Assembly (NCBI GenBank): GCA_963813715.1
Contig: CAWFAK010000007.1
Span: 768,001 to 832,000, forward strand
DNA from: an uncultured Planctomycetaceae bacterium
Lineage (GTDB): Bacteria; Planctomycetota; Planctomycetia; Planctomycetales; Planctomycetaceae
Length of the DNA: 64,000 nucleotides
Direction of reading: 5' to 3'
Under the pieces are notes generated by a model that was not told the origin of the DNA, did not search any database, and saw only the letters and a program-made list of their open reading frames with translations. Positions 32,635 through 43,947 of this stretch are shown here, piece after piece. The position numbers were made by a program, and so were the translations under genes. Within the stretch, counting starts at the first letter, position 1, and each line of letters starts with the position of its first letter.

Positions 32635-34172
32635 TCATGATCGACGCGCCTGCACCGCGCCTTCCGCGCCGCGCGAATAGAGGCCGGAAGCCGCGAGGAT
32701 CACGTTGTGCGCCGTCATGGCCGGGCCGCTGAGCTCGGTCTCGATGGTGCCGCGATTCATCACCAGGATGCGGTCGCTCATGCCGACGACTTCGCCTAGA
32801 TCGCTGGAGATGAACAGAATGGCTTTGCCGCGGGCGGCCAGCTGATCGATGAGAGCGTGAATCTGCGCCTTGGCGCCGACGTCGACGCCGCGCGTTGGCT
32901 CGTCGAGGATCACCACACGAGGATCGCGTTCGAGCCAGCGGGCCAGAAGCGCCTTCTGCTGATTGCCGCCGCTAAGGGTGGCAATCGGTTGCTGTGGGCC
33001 CGTCGCGCGAATGGCATATCGCTCGATGACCTCGCGAACACGGGCTCGCTCCAGTCGCCTCTGGATCATGCCCCAGCGGGTGAGCTGATCGGAGAAGCCG
33101 ATGCCAATCGCGCTTTCCAGGGAGTGGTCGAGCACGAAGCCTTGCCGCTTGCGCTCTTCGGGAATGTAGACCAGGCCCTGCTCAAGAGCATCGCGCGAGC
33201 GGCGCGGCGACCAAGGCTCACCGGCGACGGTCATGCGACCGCCATCGAGCGAATAGAGCCCATAAACGGCGCGGGCCAGTTCGGAGCGGCCGGCGCCAAC
33301 CAGTCCCGCCAGGCCGACGATTTCTCCCGCGCGCACCGACAGACTCGACGTCGTGAAACAGGCCACGATGCGAAACGCCTTCCAGTTCGAGCAGCGGCGA
33401 TCCGAGCGTGCGGCCGCGCGTCCGTGGATACACCTGCTCGAGCGGCCGGCCGACCATGTCGAGCACGAGCCGGCCGGCGTCGATGTCCGCCGTGCGATGC
33501 ACGGCCACGAGCGCGCCGTCTCGCAGTACGGCGATGCGGTCGGTCAGCTCGAAGATCTCGTCCATGCGATGCGACACGTACAGAATGGCGACCCCTTGCT
33601 CTCGCAGACGTCGCAGATGCGTGAAGAGTCGCCGCACTTCCGGCTCGCTGAGGCTGGCCGTCGGCTCGTCGAGAATGAGGAGCCGGGCCCGCCGCGCGAC
33701 GGCGCCCGCGATGCCGATTTCCTGCTTCTCGGCCGCGGTCAGCTCCTCGACCATGCGGTGGGATTCGATGGCGACGCCGAACTGCGTCAGGCGACGACTG
33801 GCCTCGGCATGCAGGGCCCGCCAATCGACACCGCCCCAAGCTCGCCGGGGCCAGCGCTCGCCGAGCATCAGGTTCTCGGCAACCGACAAGTGCGGAAAGC
33901 ACTCCAACTCCTGCTGCACGGCCGCGATGCCAGCTCCCAGCGCGTCGCGCGGGGAAGCGAACGAGACCGCTGCTCCGTTCAGACAGATGGTTCCCGCGTC
34001 GGGCGATTGGACGCCGCTGAGCAACTTGATCAGCGTCGACTTGCCCGCTCCGTTCTCGCCGACGAGCCCCAGGATCTCGCCTGCCTCGAGCGTCAGGTCG
34101 ATGCCCTTGAGCGCGGCCACGCCGGCGAATGATTTGGCGAGACCCGAAAGCCTGAATTAGGGAATCGGCCAT
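32635..34172 (-). CDS. Sugar ABC transporter ATP-binding protein, RbsA/MglA-like (frameshifts near 34150 and 33350)
   Basis: GENGAGKSTL, LILDEPTASL, YVSHRMDE; second domain GLVGAGRSE, LSGGNQQK, ILDEPTRGVDVGAK. Confidence 0.9.
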
Positions 34173-34174
34173 GG

Positions 34175-35195
34175 TCAGTCTGGATCAATCCGCGGTCGCC
34201 TGGGGGACTTCTGCCGCGGGGAATCGTTCACGAACCCCGCAACTTGGAGCGATCGGCCGCCATGGCCACGGCTCCGTGCACCACGACCTCCTCGCCCAGG
34301 CGCGGGGCGAGGATTTCGTACGAATCGCGAAGCGGTCGAAAGACGTAAGTGTGAGCGTAGCGACGCACGCGGCTCGAAAAAGAGGGCTTCGCCCGCCAGC
34401 GACACGCCGCCGCCCACGATCACCGCTTCGACGGCCGTGAACGTGATAACCTGCGCGATGGCCCAGCCGAGTGCGCGGCACGCGAGATCCATCGCCCCGA
34501 CGGCCAGCGTGTTGCCGGCGGCCGCTTCCTCGGCGACGACCTTCGCGGTGAGCCGCTGGAAATCGCCCGCGCAGCGCGCTGAGCAGCCGGGCCGCGTGGG
34601 GATCGTCACCAGGCGCGGCTGCCAATGCGGTGCGGATCGACGCTTCGATGCCCGGACCGCTGGCGAGCGATTCCACGGTCTGGCTCGGCTCGGTCGCGTC
34701 GAGGCCGGGCCGCAGGTGACCGATCTCGGCGATGGCCGGGCGATCGGAGCCGTAAAGCGTGCCGCCCAACACCAGGCCGCCGCCGACGCCCGTGCCGACC
34801 GTCACGTAAAAGACGCTCCGCTTGTCGCGGCCCGCGCCGAAGCGGGCTTCCGCCAGCGCGGCCATGTCGCAGTCGTTGCCCAAATACGTCGGCACGCCAA
34901 ATTGCTCGCGTGCACCAGGCGGCCAGCGGAAAGTTGTCCCACCCCTCGACCTGGTGGCTCGTCGTCACGATGCCGGCCGACGCGTTGATCGGGCCGCCGA
35001 AGCCGAACCCGATCGCCTGAATGGGGAACTCGGCGAACAACTGTCGCCCCGTCTCGCGCGATTTGCTCGCGGATGGCCTTGCGCCCCGCGGCGGGCGTCG
35101 ACGTCGAGGCGGCGAAAGCCGGCGAACGGAGGCCCCGTGCCGTCGCCCACGCCCAACTGCAGCTTCGTCCCGCCGATTTCGATTCCGAGAAACAT
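34175..35195 (-). CDS. ROK family sugar kinase (several frameshifts)
   Basis: LGIEIGGTKL, IGFGFGGP, GNDCDMAALAEARFGAG, VGTGVGGG, EIGHL, VIVGGGVS. Confidence 0.85.
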
Positions 35196-35298
35196 CGTCC
35201 GGTGTGCGCTTGGAGTCTGGAGAAAAGTGAGAAAACATAGAGCGAAACAAGAATCGAAGAACCGGCGGGCTGATCCGCCGCAGCGGACCGCTCGCCCG

Positions 35299-35835
35299 TC
35301 AGGTCTCGCCCGCGTAATGCAGCAGCGAAAAGACCTCGACCGGAGCCAGGCGTTCGCGGGCTTTGAGGAAGTCGAGCTCGATGATGAACGCGGCCCCGAC
35401 GACCACGCCGCCGACCTGCTCGACGATTTTGATGCAGGCCTCCATCGTGCCGCCGGTGGCCAGCAAGTCGTCGACCATCAGCACCCGCTCGCCGCGCGAG
35501 ATGGCGTCGCTGTGCATTTCGAGCGCGTCGGTGCCGTATTCCAACTCGTAGCGAAACGACAGCGTGTCGAAGGGCAGCTTGCCCGGCTTGCGTATCGGGA
35601 TGAACCGGGCCTGCAGGCGCAAAGCCAGCGGAGCGGCGAAGATGAACCCCCGCGCCTCGGCTGCCAGCACCGAATGGATGCGTGCGTCGCGATAGTGGTC
35701 GGCCAACGCGTCGATCGCGTGTTGAAACGCCTCGGGGGCAGCCAACAGCGGCGTGATGTCGCGAAACAAAATCCCCGGCTTGGGAAAATCGGGAATGGAC
35801 CGGATGTAGCTTTTCAGATCGAGGGCCGCGTTCAT
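35299..35835 (-). CDS. apt: Adenine phosphoribosyltransferase
   Basis: [49 protein letters not shown]. Confidence 0.95.
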   Translation of the reverse strand: MNAALDLKSYIRSIPDFPKPGILFRDITPLLAAPEAFQHAIDALADHYRDARIHSVLAAEARGFIFAAPLALRLQARFIPIRKPGKLPFDTLSFRYELEYGTDALEMHSDAISRGERVLMVDDLLATGGTMEACIKIVEQVGGVVVGAAFIIELDFLKARERLAPVEVFSLLHYAGET

Positions 35836-37520
35836 GGACTCCCTTGGCCGGACGGTTTGGAAGCAGCCGGTTTCGACGCGGGCGCCGGCGTCGCATTCGG
35901 CTGCGTTAAATTCGAGTGCGTCGAATTCACGTTCGTCAGATGGTGGCGGGCCCGCTCGACGTCGGCCGCGGCGTGCGGGTCGTCCGCGTAGAGGGCAATC
36001 ACGCCGTTCCAGATACTCTGGGCTTCGGGCAGTTTGCCGTCGGCCGCCAGCTTGTCGGCCCGGTCCAATGCGTCGTCGACGAACGACAAGTCCCGCGGAT
36101 GTTGTTCGTTCCGCGCCCGCAGCTGGTCCAGCAGCTTTTCGACGCGCGTACGTTCGGGGCTGTCGTCGGGCAGCAAGGCGGCAAAGGCGGCCAGCGTCCG
36201 TTCGGCTCCCGGCATGTCGCCGTCGTCGTGCTGATGGCGGGCCAGCGTGATCACGCGCTCGACCTCCGAGCGCGGCTCGCGTCGCCAGGCGCTCAGCTCC
36301 CCGCTCGCTTCCTCGCCCTGCTCGACGCTGCGGAGGCGAGCATTCACCACTCCGTAGACGATGATGAAGAGCGCGACTGCGAACAGGCCCAGGAGCACCC
36401 ACGTGTTCTCAAGCAGCCGCCGCAGAATGCCGCGTCGCTGCTCGCCTTCGATCTCGGCGCGAAACAGATCGCGCATCAGCGTGCCGTGGCCGCCCGACGC
36501 GGCCGAGCGGCCGGAACCCGATTGGCCGGCGGCGTTGAAGGTCGAGGCGTCCTCCTGCACGCCGTGCCCCATCGTCAGCTCGCCGGAGGAGACTTCGACC
36601 TTGCGGATGACCTCCTGCAGGCGGCGATTGACGACGAAGGCGTCGGCCGGCCGCTTTTCGGGATCTTTCTCCAAGAGCTGGCAGACAATGTCGTCGAGCC
36701 AGTAGGGAATGTCGGGGACGATGGTCCGCGGCCGGTCGAACTGGCTGTACTTGTGCTTGTGGATGACGTCGAGCGTCGTTTTGCCCGTGAAGGGCGGTCG
36801 CCCCGTGAGCATCACGTACATCACCGCGCCGAGCGAGTAGAGATCGCTGCGCCTGGTGATCCGCCGACCCTGCCCCTGCTCGGGAGACATGTACTCGGCC
36901 GTGCCGATGATGCCGCCGGTGACCGTCAGCTTCGAGCCGGCAAAGACCTGCGCGACGCCGAAGTCAGTGAGCTTGATGTCTCCGTCGGGCGTCAGCAGCA
37001 GGTTCGAGGGCTTGAGATCGCGGTGAATGATCCCCGCGTCGTGCGCGCTTTCGAGCGCCAGGCAGATCTGGATCGACAAGTCGATCACTTCCCGCCACGG
37101 AATCCGCTTCTCGCGCCGCAGCCGGGCGGTGAGCGTCTCGCCCGGCACGTATTCCATCGCGTAGTAGTACATCTCGCCGTCGACGCCGTGGTCGAACAGC
37201 TCGACGACGTGCGGGTTCTTCAGCTTCTGCAGCGCGTCGATCTCCCGCATGAAGCGGGCGACCAGCCCCTCCTCGCGGGCCAGCGACGGCGACAGCAGCT
37301 TGAGCGCGACGATCCGGCCGGTCTGCTCGTGACTGGCCAGGTAGACCGTCCCCATGCCGCCCGCGCCGAGCTTGCGCTCGACCAGATACGGCCCGATTCG
37401 GCTCGGTTCGGTGCCGACAGGAGTGGGGGAGGACACGCGGTTTGTGCCTGGCTTGAGGGTGGGCGAAACGCGAATCTCGCCGGCCGGCAGGCACAGCCTG
37501 CCAACGCGGACAGCGCACAA
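35832..37520 (-). CDS. Membrane Ser/Thr protein kinase (Hanks type), start uncertain
   Basis: [38 protein letters not shown]; one TM helix, then a helical extracytoplasmic tail. Confidence 0.93.
   Translation of the reverse strand: MCAVRVGRLCLPAGEIRVSPTLKPGTNRVSSPTPVGTEPSRIGPYLVERKLGAGGMGTVYLASHEQTGRIVALKLLSPSLAREEGLVARFMREIDALQKLKNPHVVELFDHGVDGEMYYYAMEYVPGETLTARLRREKRIPWREVIDLSIQICLALESAHDAGIIHRDLKPSNLLLTPDGDIKLTDFGVAQVFAGSKLTVTGGIIGTAEYMSPEQGQGRRITRRSDLYSLGAVMYVMLTGRPPFTGKTTLDVIHKHKYSQFDRPRTIVPDIPYWLDDIVCQLLEKDPEKRPADAFVVNRRLQEVIRKVEVSSGELTMGHGVQEDASTFNAAGQSGSGRSAASGGHGTLMRDLFRAEIEGEQRRGILRRLLENTWVLLGLFAVALFIIVYGVVNARLRSVEQGEEASGELSAWRREPRSEVERVITLARHQHDDGDMPGAERTLAAFAALLPDDSPERTRVEKLLDQLRARNEQHPRDLSFVDDALDRADKLAADGKLPEAQSIWNGVIALYADDPHAAADVERARHHLTNVNSTHSNLTQPNATPAPASKPAASKPSGQGSP
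37485..37506. repeat. Solo copy of the REP seen at 9475-9545
   Basis: cggcaggcacagcctgccaacg versus cggcacgcacagcctgccctacg. Confidence 0.6.
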
Positions 37521-37677
37521 AGCGGTCCGGTGCTGGTCGAGCTTCGTCCATGATGCCAGAATTGGAGGGGGTTGTCACATCCCGACGAGTTTCCGCCGCA
37601 GTCCCCGCTGAGTGTTTCGAGGTGGCGTTTTCCGCGCTGGCGTTTCCGAGGTGGAGTTTCCCGTGCGACGCGAATCA

Positions 37678-38070
37678 ATGCCCGAGCCTACGCCGGCAGA
37701 AAAGACCGCCGCGCTGCTCATCGCCCACGGCAGCCGCCGTCCCGAGGCCAACCGCGACCTGGTCGACCTAGCCGTAGCGATTCGCGGCCGCACGCACTAC
37801 CCGATCGTCGAAGTGGCCTATCTCGAAGTCGTCGAGCCGACGATTCCGCAAGGTGCCCGCCGGTGCGTCGAGCAGGGAGCCAGTCGCGTGTTGATGCTCC
37901 CCTACTTCCTTTCGGCCGGAGCGCACGTGGTGGAGGACTTGGAGCGGATTCGCGCGGACCTCGCGCTCGAATTTCCCGCGGTGCAATTCGCCCTCTGCCA
38001 GCCGCTGTCGCTGCATCCGCTGCTGATCGAGATTGTCGTTGAGCGATTGAAGGAAGCCGAGTTGCAGTAA
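37678..38070 (+). CDS. Sirohydrochlorin chelatase, short CbiX/SirB type
   Basis: LLIAHGSR, AYLE, PYFLSAGAHVVEDL, PLSLHP. Confidence 0.88.
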   Translation: MPEPTPAEKTAALLIAHGSRRPEANRDLVDLAVAIRGRTHYPIVEVAYLEVVEPTIPQGARRCVEQGASRVLMLPYFLSAGAHVVEDLERIRADLALEFPAVQFALCQPLSLHPLLIEIVVERLKEAELQ

Positions 38071-38439
38071 TTGCCGGGGGTGGTGCTGCTGGCTGGAGTC
38101 GGCGTCCGCGTGTCCCAGGAAGCCCGCATCGGGCGCGGGGAGTACGCCGCCCCAACTACCTAACCGGCAACCGCGCGGGCGACGAAAAACGCGCGTCACT
38201 GGGCGGCAGAAACACCCCTCCCAACGCGGACAGCGCCCGAAGCGTCGCGCGCCTGAAATTCGCGGAGGCTGCGGAAGCTGGATAAACAGGTCTTATTGGG
38301 TAAGGGCTCCGGCCCTTTGACTGCAGGGATTTTCGAAAAAAAACGTTTACGCACCCAACTTTCTCGTTCAGGCGCGAACGATTGGTAGCCGAAGGAGAGC
38401 GATAGGGTCCTCATCGTCGGCTCATTCGGACGCGGAAAT

Positions 38440-39027
38440 ATGAACGTGCACTGGTCGGAATCAGACATCGCTACCTACCGGATCGAAACCGTTCAGGCCA
38501 AGCCTGCGGAAATCATCTCCGATATCTTGCGGTCGGCTCATCGCATCCGCGGCGTGCTCGCGGCTCACTTCGCCGAGTTCGGGCTGAGCAACGCGCGGTT
38601 CGCCGTGCTGCAGATCGTGCGCGACGCGTTGCCGCGTGGCTGCACGCAGACGGAGCTGGCCGAACGCCTGCAGCAATCCGAGTCGAGCGTCAGCACGCTG
38701 GTGGACCGCATGCGGGCCGCCGACTTGCTGTATCGCCTCCGCTCGAAGTCGGACCGTCGCAAGTGTCTGCTCGTGCTCACCGATCACGCCCGTGAGACGC
38801 TCGATAAACTCGAGGTCTGTCATCACGAGCGGATGGCCGAGCTGTTGAGCTGTTACAAGACCGAGCAGCTCCGCGATCTGACCGTGCTGCTGAAGATTTT
38901 GGACAGCGAGCTGACGCGACGCGAGCTGGCCGGCACCGATCCGCCCACGCCGGTCGCCTCCGCCGTCATTCCCCATCCTCGACTCACGGTCGAGTCCGCG
39001 GAGCAGACGCTGCGTCCCACCGGTTGA
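38440..39027 (+). CDS. MarR family transcriptional regulator
   Basis: GLSNARFAVL, TQTELAERL..SESSVSTLVDRM, DRR..L.LT. Confidence 0.85.
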   Translation: MNVHWSESDIATYRIETVQAKPAEIISDILRSAHRIRGVLAAHFAEFGLSNARFAVLQIVRDALPRGCTQTELAERLQQSESSVSTLVDRMRAADLLYRLRSKSDRRKCLLVLTDHARETLDKLEVCHHERMAELLSCYKTEQLRDLTVLLKILDSELTRRELAGTDPPTPVASAVIPHPRLTVESAEQTLRPTG

Positions 39028-39037
39028 GCGAGACTGC

Positions 39038-39078
39038 AAAAAAAGCGAAGCCGCGGCACTTACGCCGCGGCTTTTTTT
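39038..39078. terminator. Intrinsic terminator, probably bidirectional, between marR and csrA
   Basis: A-tract, aagccgcggc-acttac-gccgcggctt, T-tract, between convergent genes. Confidence 0.75.
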
Positions 39079-39233
39079 ATTGTCGACTCAGCCAATCCGC
39101 CAGCGACAAAAAACGAGCGAGCACGGCGGAGACAGCAGTCACATCCCGAGCGAACCGCCACGTCCAATTGGGTGATTGACGCGAACCAAGTCGCAGATCA
39201 CCGTAGCCTTGAGCGAGTCTCCCCAACGCCTCG

Positions 39234-39434
39234 TTATTGAGCGTCGATGGAGATGTCCCGCTTCTCGACCTGTTCCCGCTTGATGGCGTCGTAGACTTCC
39301 TGGCGGTGGACGGTAATCTCTTTCGGCGCTTCGATGCCCAAACGCACCTTGTCACCGCGGATCTCGATCACCATAACGGTGATGTTGTCACCGATGATGA
39401 TCTTTTCGTCCTTCTTGCGGCTGAGTACCAGCAT
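39234..39434 (-). CDS. csrA: Carbon storage regulator CsrA
   Basis: [48 protein letters not shown]. Confidence 0.96.
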   Translation of the reverse strand: MLVLSRKKDEKIIIGDNITVMVIEIRGDKVRLGIEAPKEITVHRQEVYDAIKREQVEKRDISIDAQ

Positions 39435-39728
39435 TGCTTTTCCCTGCAATCGGCGAAAACGTGGCGAAACGTGTTGATCAATTTCAACTCCACCAAGCAT
39501 AAACGATGAATTAGGGCATTTGGGGAAGCCGGAGCGGTTTTCCGCCAGCCGCCCCCGACCGGCTGCAAGATATGCGGCTTGTTCCGGGCGTGCCCAAGGG
39601 TCCGGTCGTGGCAAAGCTCGGCAAGTTGCGGGCGGCAGCCGGGACTTTGCTCTGAGAGCTTAAGTCATGCTCGCGAATAGAGATAAGAACGAGTCGATGC
39701 TCGCAGGCGGCCATGCGAGAGTCCCCGC

Positions 39729-40440
39729 ATGAGCCCGGATTTTGCCTTGGGGATCGACTTTTGTGGCCGCCTACCTTGTCGGCTCCCTCCCGTTCGGGCT
39801 GTTGATCGCCCGCTACGTGGCGGGGGTCGATATCCGCCAAAGCGGCAGCGGCAACATCGGGGCAACGAACGTCGCCCGGGTGCTGGGCAAGGGATTGGGG
39901 CTCACCGTGCTGGTTCTGGATTGCTTGAAAGGCGCGCTGCCGACCCTCGTCCTCCCCTGGCTTCTGGCCGACGCGGGCGTCCCTCGGCTGCATCTGGCCG
40001 TGCTCGCCGGCACGGCTGCGATCCTCGGCCACATGTTCCCGTGCTGGCTCAAGTTCCGCGGCGGAAAAGGGGTAGCCACCGCGCTGGGAGTGGCACTCGC
40101 CCTGGGACCGATCGCGACGGCCGTCGCCTTCGCCCTCTTCGTCCTGTGCATCGCCCTCACGCGGATCGTGTCGCTCTCTTCGATGCTGGCCGCCTGCACG
40201 TTTTGCGGCGTCGAGCTCTGGCTCTTGCGGCCGACCCCCTTTAACCACGAAACCTGGAGCCTGGCCGCCTTCAGCACGTTGGCTCCGGCGCTGATCATCG
40301 TGCGTCACCGCGCGAACCTGGTTCGGTTGCTGCGGGGAACGGAACCCAGGTTCACGTTCGGCGGGAAAGACAAGGCAGCCGACTCGAAGTCATCCGAGAG
40401 CGACCCACCGCCCAGGCGTCCTGGCGAGCCCTCAGCGTGA
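39729..40440 (+). CDS. plsY: Glycerol-3-phosphate acyltransferase PlsY (frameshift near 39750)
   Basis: YLVGSLPFG, DIRQSGSGNIGATNVAR, DCLKG, GHMFP..FRGGKGVAT, RHRANLVRL..GTE. Confidence 0.93.
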
Positions 40441-40630
40441 GCTCGCGGATGTTTCCTCTTCGTATTGGCGTTCCGGCAGCGCACTCTTCGAAAGAGAAAA
40501 AAACACCATCGGGCTGACGCCCGACGCTCGCCGGGGCTCACGTGCGAAGTGGCCGACTGCGAGATTATCGTCCGCCACTGAAAACGCGGAAGCGCTCCCG
40601 AGCGACGCACCAACAGCAGCAGTCTCGCGC

Positions 40631-40864
40631 TCAGCTCACGACGATATCGTTCGTCAGCGTCGTGAATCGGCCGGCCAGGTCGAGTGCGGCGTGGGTGGCC
40701 AGTTGCTTGAGATAGTACGTCGTCGTGCGGCCCGAAATTGTGACGTCGGCCCCGGCCACCGCCACGTTCAACCCGTCAATCCGACCGCCGGTCTTCGATT
40801 GCACCAAACGAGCGATCTGCTCGGCGAGCGATTCCGTCAACCCGCCCCTTACAGAAACGGCCAT
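40631..40864 (-). CDS. Small BON-like domain protein
   Basis: TGGRIDGLNV..VTISGRTTTYYLKQLATHAA..NDIVVS; GGAGGA Shine-Dalgarno upstream. Confidence 0.7.
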   Translation of the reverse strand: MAVSVRGGLTESLAEQIARLVQSKTGGRIDGLNVAVAGADVTISGRTTTYYLKQLATHAALDLAGRFTTLTNDIVVS

Positions 40865-41323
40865 CGTCCTTCCTCCATGTGTTGGACGCGCAATCTCGCC
40901 GCTCCTGCGGCAATCCGCGGCCACTTCTCTCTCGCTTGACTCTGCGTAATTCACGATCGACCCGCTAAAAATTCGCCAAGGGCTCTGGGGCAGAAGCTCA
41001 ACGAGATGTGAGCCGCTTTCGAGCGGGAGACAGAACGCTCTGCGGGGACTTGGCAACCGGCTTGGAACTTAAAAACCCGGCAGGCAATCGGCCGGCAATG
41101 ATCGCACTGGCGGTCCGGCAGACGAAGTTCAATCCCTCCGATGGCAATCGTCTCGGCGTCCACAGGTTGTGGGTCCGCGGCAGGTGTCCACAAACTTTAA
41201 TGACCCCGCCCCCCGTCCGTCAAATCGAACGGCCTCGTTCACCATTTTTGATACCTTCCACACGCAACCCGGGATTCACGACCGCTCGCTATAATCCGGC
41301 TTTCCCAGAGCCCAGGAGCCGCC

Positions 41324-42382
41324 ATGGATCAGCCGTCGCTCGAGTTCCTCAAAGCCCTGCTGCATTCGCCCAGCCCCTCCGGCTACGAGCGGCCCATTCA
41401 GGACGTCGTCCGCAAATTCGTCGAGCCGTTCGCCGCCACCGTCAACACCGACTGGCACGGCAATGTGATCGCCGCCGTCAACCCGGACGGCCGTCCGCGG
41501 ATCATGCTGGCCGGGCACTGCGACCAGATCGGCCTGATGGTCAAGCACATCGATGACAAGGGTTTCATCCGCGTGACGGCGATCGGCGGCTGGGACATGC
41601 AGATGCTCATCGGGCAGACGCTGCACATCTGGACGGCCAAGGGACCCGTCGTCGGGGTCATCGCCCGCAAGCCCATTCACCTCTTGCCGCAGGAGGAGCG
41701 GAAATCGGTGCCCGAGATCAAAGACCTGTGGATCGACATCGGAGCGACCGGCGCGGACGAAGCGCGGGAACTCGTGGCGGTCGGCGATCCGGTCACGCTC
41801 GAGCTGGGCTTCGACACGCTCCGCAACGACATCGTCGCCGGCCCGGGCATGGACAACCGCGTCGGCGTGTGGGTGGTGATGCAGGCGCTCAAGCGGGTCG
41901 CGGCGGCCAAGCCGCAAGCCGCCGTCTTCGGCGTCTCGACCGTCCAGGAAGAAATCGGCCTGCGCGGGGCACAGACCAGCGCGTTCACCGTCGAGCCGCA
42001 GATCGCGATCGCCGTCGACGTCACGCACGCGACCGACTGCCCGACGATCGACGAAAACCAGTTCGGCCGCGTGAAGCTCGGCAAGGGCCCGGTCATCTAC
42101 CGCGGCCCGAACGTCAACCCAATCGTCTTCCAGCGCCTGACCGAGCTGGCCAAACAGCACGAGATTCCCATTCAACCCAACGGCATCTCAGTCCCCGCCA
42201 GCAACGACGCCAACGTGCTGCAACTGACCCGCGGCGGCACGGCCGCCGGCATCGTGGCCATCCCCAACCGCTATATGCACAGCCCGGTGGAGATGGTGTC
42301 CCTGCCCGACCTCGAGCACGCCGCGGCGCTGCTCGCCCATTTTTGCCTCTCGGTAACGCCGACGAGCGATTTCACGCCCTGA
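41324..42382 (+). CDS. M42 family metallopeptidase (TET/FrvX-like)
   Basis: SPSGYE, AGHCDQIG, IDIGA, MDNRVG, VQEEIGLRGA, AVDVTH, PNRYMHSPVE; TATAAT at 41289 and AGGAG upstream. Confidence 0.93.
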   Translation: MDQPSLEFLKALLHSPSPSGYERPIQDVVRKFVEPFAATVNTDWHGNVIAAVNPDGRPRIMLAGHCDQIGLMVKHIDDKGFIRVTAIGGWDMQMLIGQTLHIWTAKGPVVGVIARKPIHLLPQEERKSVPEIKDLWIDIGATGADEARELVAVGDPVTLELGFDTLRNDIVAGPGMDNRVGVWVVMQALKRVAAAKPQAAVFGVSTVQEEIGLRGAQTSAFTVEPQIAIAVDVTHATDCPTIDENQFGRVKLGKGPVIYRGPNVNPIVFQRLTELAKQHEIPIQPNGISVPASNDANVLQLTRGGTAAGIVAIPNRYMHSPVEMVSLPDLEHAAALLAHFCLSVTPTSDFTP

Positions 42383-43806
42383 TGATCCCGCGACCGCCCC
42401 GCACCGGAGGCGTGGACTTTTTCGACACTCATCAAAACACGTCGGGCCGCATGGGACGACAATAATTGTGGACACGCCCGACCACATGAAGAGGTAAGAC
42501 AGCTCGTCATCCAGTAAGACGAACGCCAGGCGCATCTGGGCGTTCAATTGGGTCGGATATTCCTCAAGCGTCGAAATCCTCGCGGAATTCTGCTTTTGCT
42601 TGAGAAGTTTGTTTAAGAGCTTCCCCGTCTCATAGAGCACGTAACGCGCCGCGTTGATTTCATGATCGCCCCCCGCAAGCGCAGGGCGTCCCTTGCGGAG
42701 CCGGAAGTAGTCGTGAGTAGTGCCTTCGAGCGTGACTCCGTAAGAATTCGCCGTGATTCGCTCTTCGAGCGGCCCGAGCTCGATTCCCACGGACGCAAGC
42801 AAGGGCCGCACCGCCGCGATGGCGTAGCGGCCTCGCTCCTCTGCAAGGCGGGCGGTATCGAGGTCAACGACCCGGCCAGAATTTGGATTGAGCAACACGG
42901 CGCCGGGTGAGGCAAACGGCCCCTCGACCGGCTGCCATTTGCTATCAGCAAATGCCTGAGAGACCGCATAGAAATCTCGAAGCATGCTCGCCCGGACGTC
43001 GTCCGAAACGAAGTTGAAAAAGCCCAGCTTTTGCAACTCGTCGATAAACTGTCGGCTGTCCATGATCGGGTTTTCCGGCGGCTTGGCCAGATTCCGAGTT
43101 CGAGATCGCCGCGCGGCCGGCAGCGGATGGGCCGCAAGAAATGCTTCAAACTTTTCCTCCATCAGCCGCTGGAATGACTCGTAACATTCAGCGCCGGGCA
43201 CCCAGAACGCAAAGAAAGCGGCCTGCCACTCGTGGGCCTGCGGCTTAATGAGAGGATTGAGCAAATATCTGCCGTCGTTGTCCTCGCTGATTTGAACGAC
43301 GGACGAGAGATGGGAATCGGGCAGTTCGCCCGGATTGGCGTCGGCCTCAGGCTGAGCGGATCCGGTAGACCAAATGGCGGGAGTTTCGGGATCGACCTCG
43401 GCCAGCAGTCGGATTTCTTCGACAGGCCATAATCGCGTCGGACCGACAGTGCCCTCCAACCACCATCCATTGCTGACTTTCAAAAACTGCCGATAAGAGT
43501 CCGGCAGTTGCAGCTTCAGCCTGTGCTCTGCCTGGGCGATCGCGGTTTCACTGGCTGGAGGAAAGCCTGCCCACTTGTGCGTCGCGCCGTCCGCAGCCAG
43601 GAGATGCGAATACTCGCCCGATGCGATCATCGCATCGCTCCACTGCTTCAGAACTTTTCGCCAATCAAACTTCGGCACGTTCGCTCGCCATGGAACGCGT
43701 GTTCGGAGCGACAGCCATTCTGTCGGAGACTCATTGCCAATGGTAGACCCGGGCGGGTGGCCGGGACTCACGAGGAACTGGGTGACGCCGACGAGCGATT
43801 TCACGC
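42352..43806 (+). mobile_element. ~1.4-kb insert bounded by a 26-bp direct repeat of the M42 gene 3' end (att-like)
   Basis: ggtaacgccgacgagcgatttcacgc (42352-42377) and ggtgacgccgacgagcgatttcacgc (43781-43806), 25/26 identical. Confidence 0.75.
42432..43678 (-). CDS. SMI1/KNR4 (SUKH) family protein with an uncharacterised C-terminal half
   Basis: PPASETAIAQAEHRLKLQLPDSYRQFLKVSNGW, LWPVEEI, YLLNP, EW.A..F..W.PGA..YESF. The stop is inferred via a frameshift near 42470; otherwise the ORF overlaps the M42 gene. Confidence 0.85.
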
Positions 43807-43947
43807 TGGTAATGCCCAGGTGAAATTGGGTCAATCTGGATCCCCTATATCAAGTTGGAGCGTACCGACCCGATTTTGATCCTTGCGCCCTCGGTTGGAC
43901 TCGCCAGCACGAGCCGGCGCGTCCCGTCCCAGCCGCGGAAAGGATTC

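Noticed and set aside
1687..40440. Calling frameshifted housekeeping genes pseudogenes or programmed-frameshift genes
   Set aside because: All catalytic motifs are intact and no shared slippery signal is evident; sequencing error is more parsimonious.
43823..43876. Imperfect inverted repeat (aaattgggtc / gacccgattt) as a serine-recombinase att site
   Set aside because: Only 9/10 bp arms with no concentric inner symmetry; cannot be distinguished from chance without a partner site.
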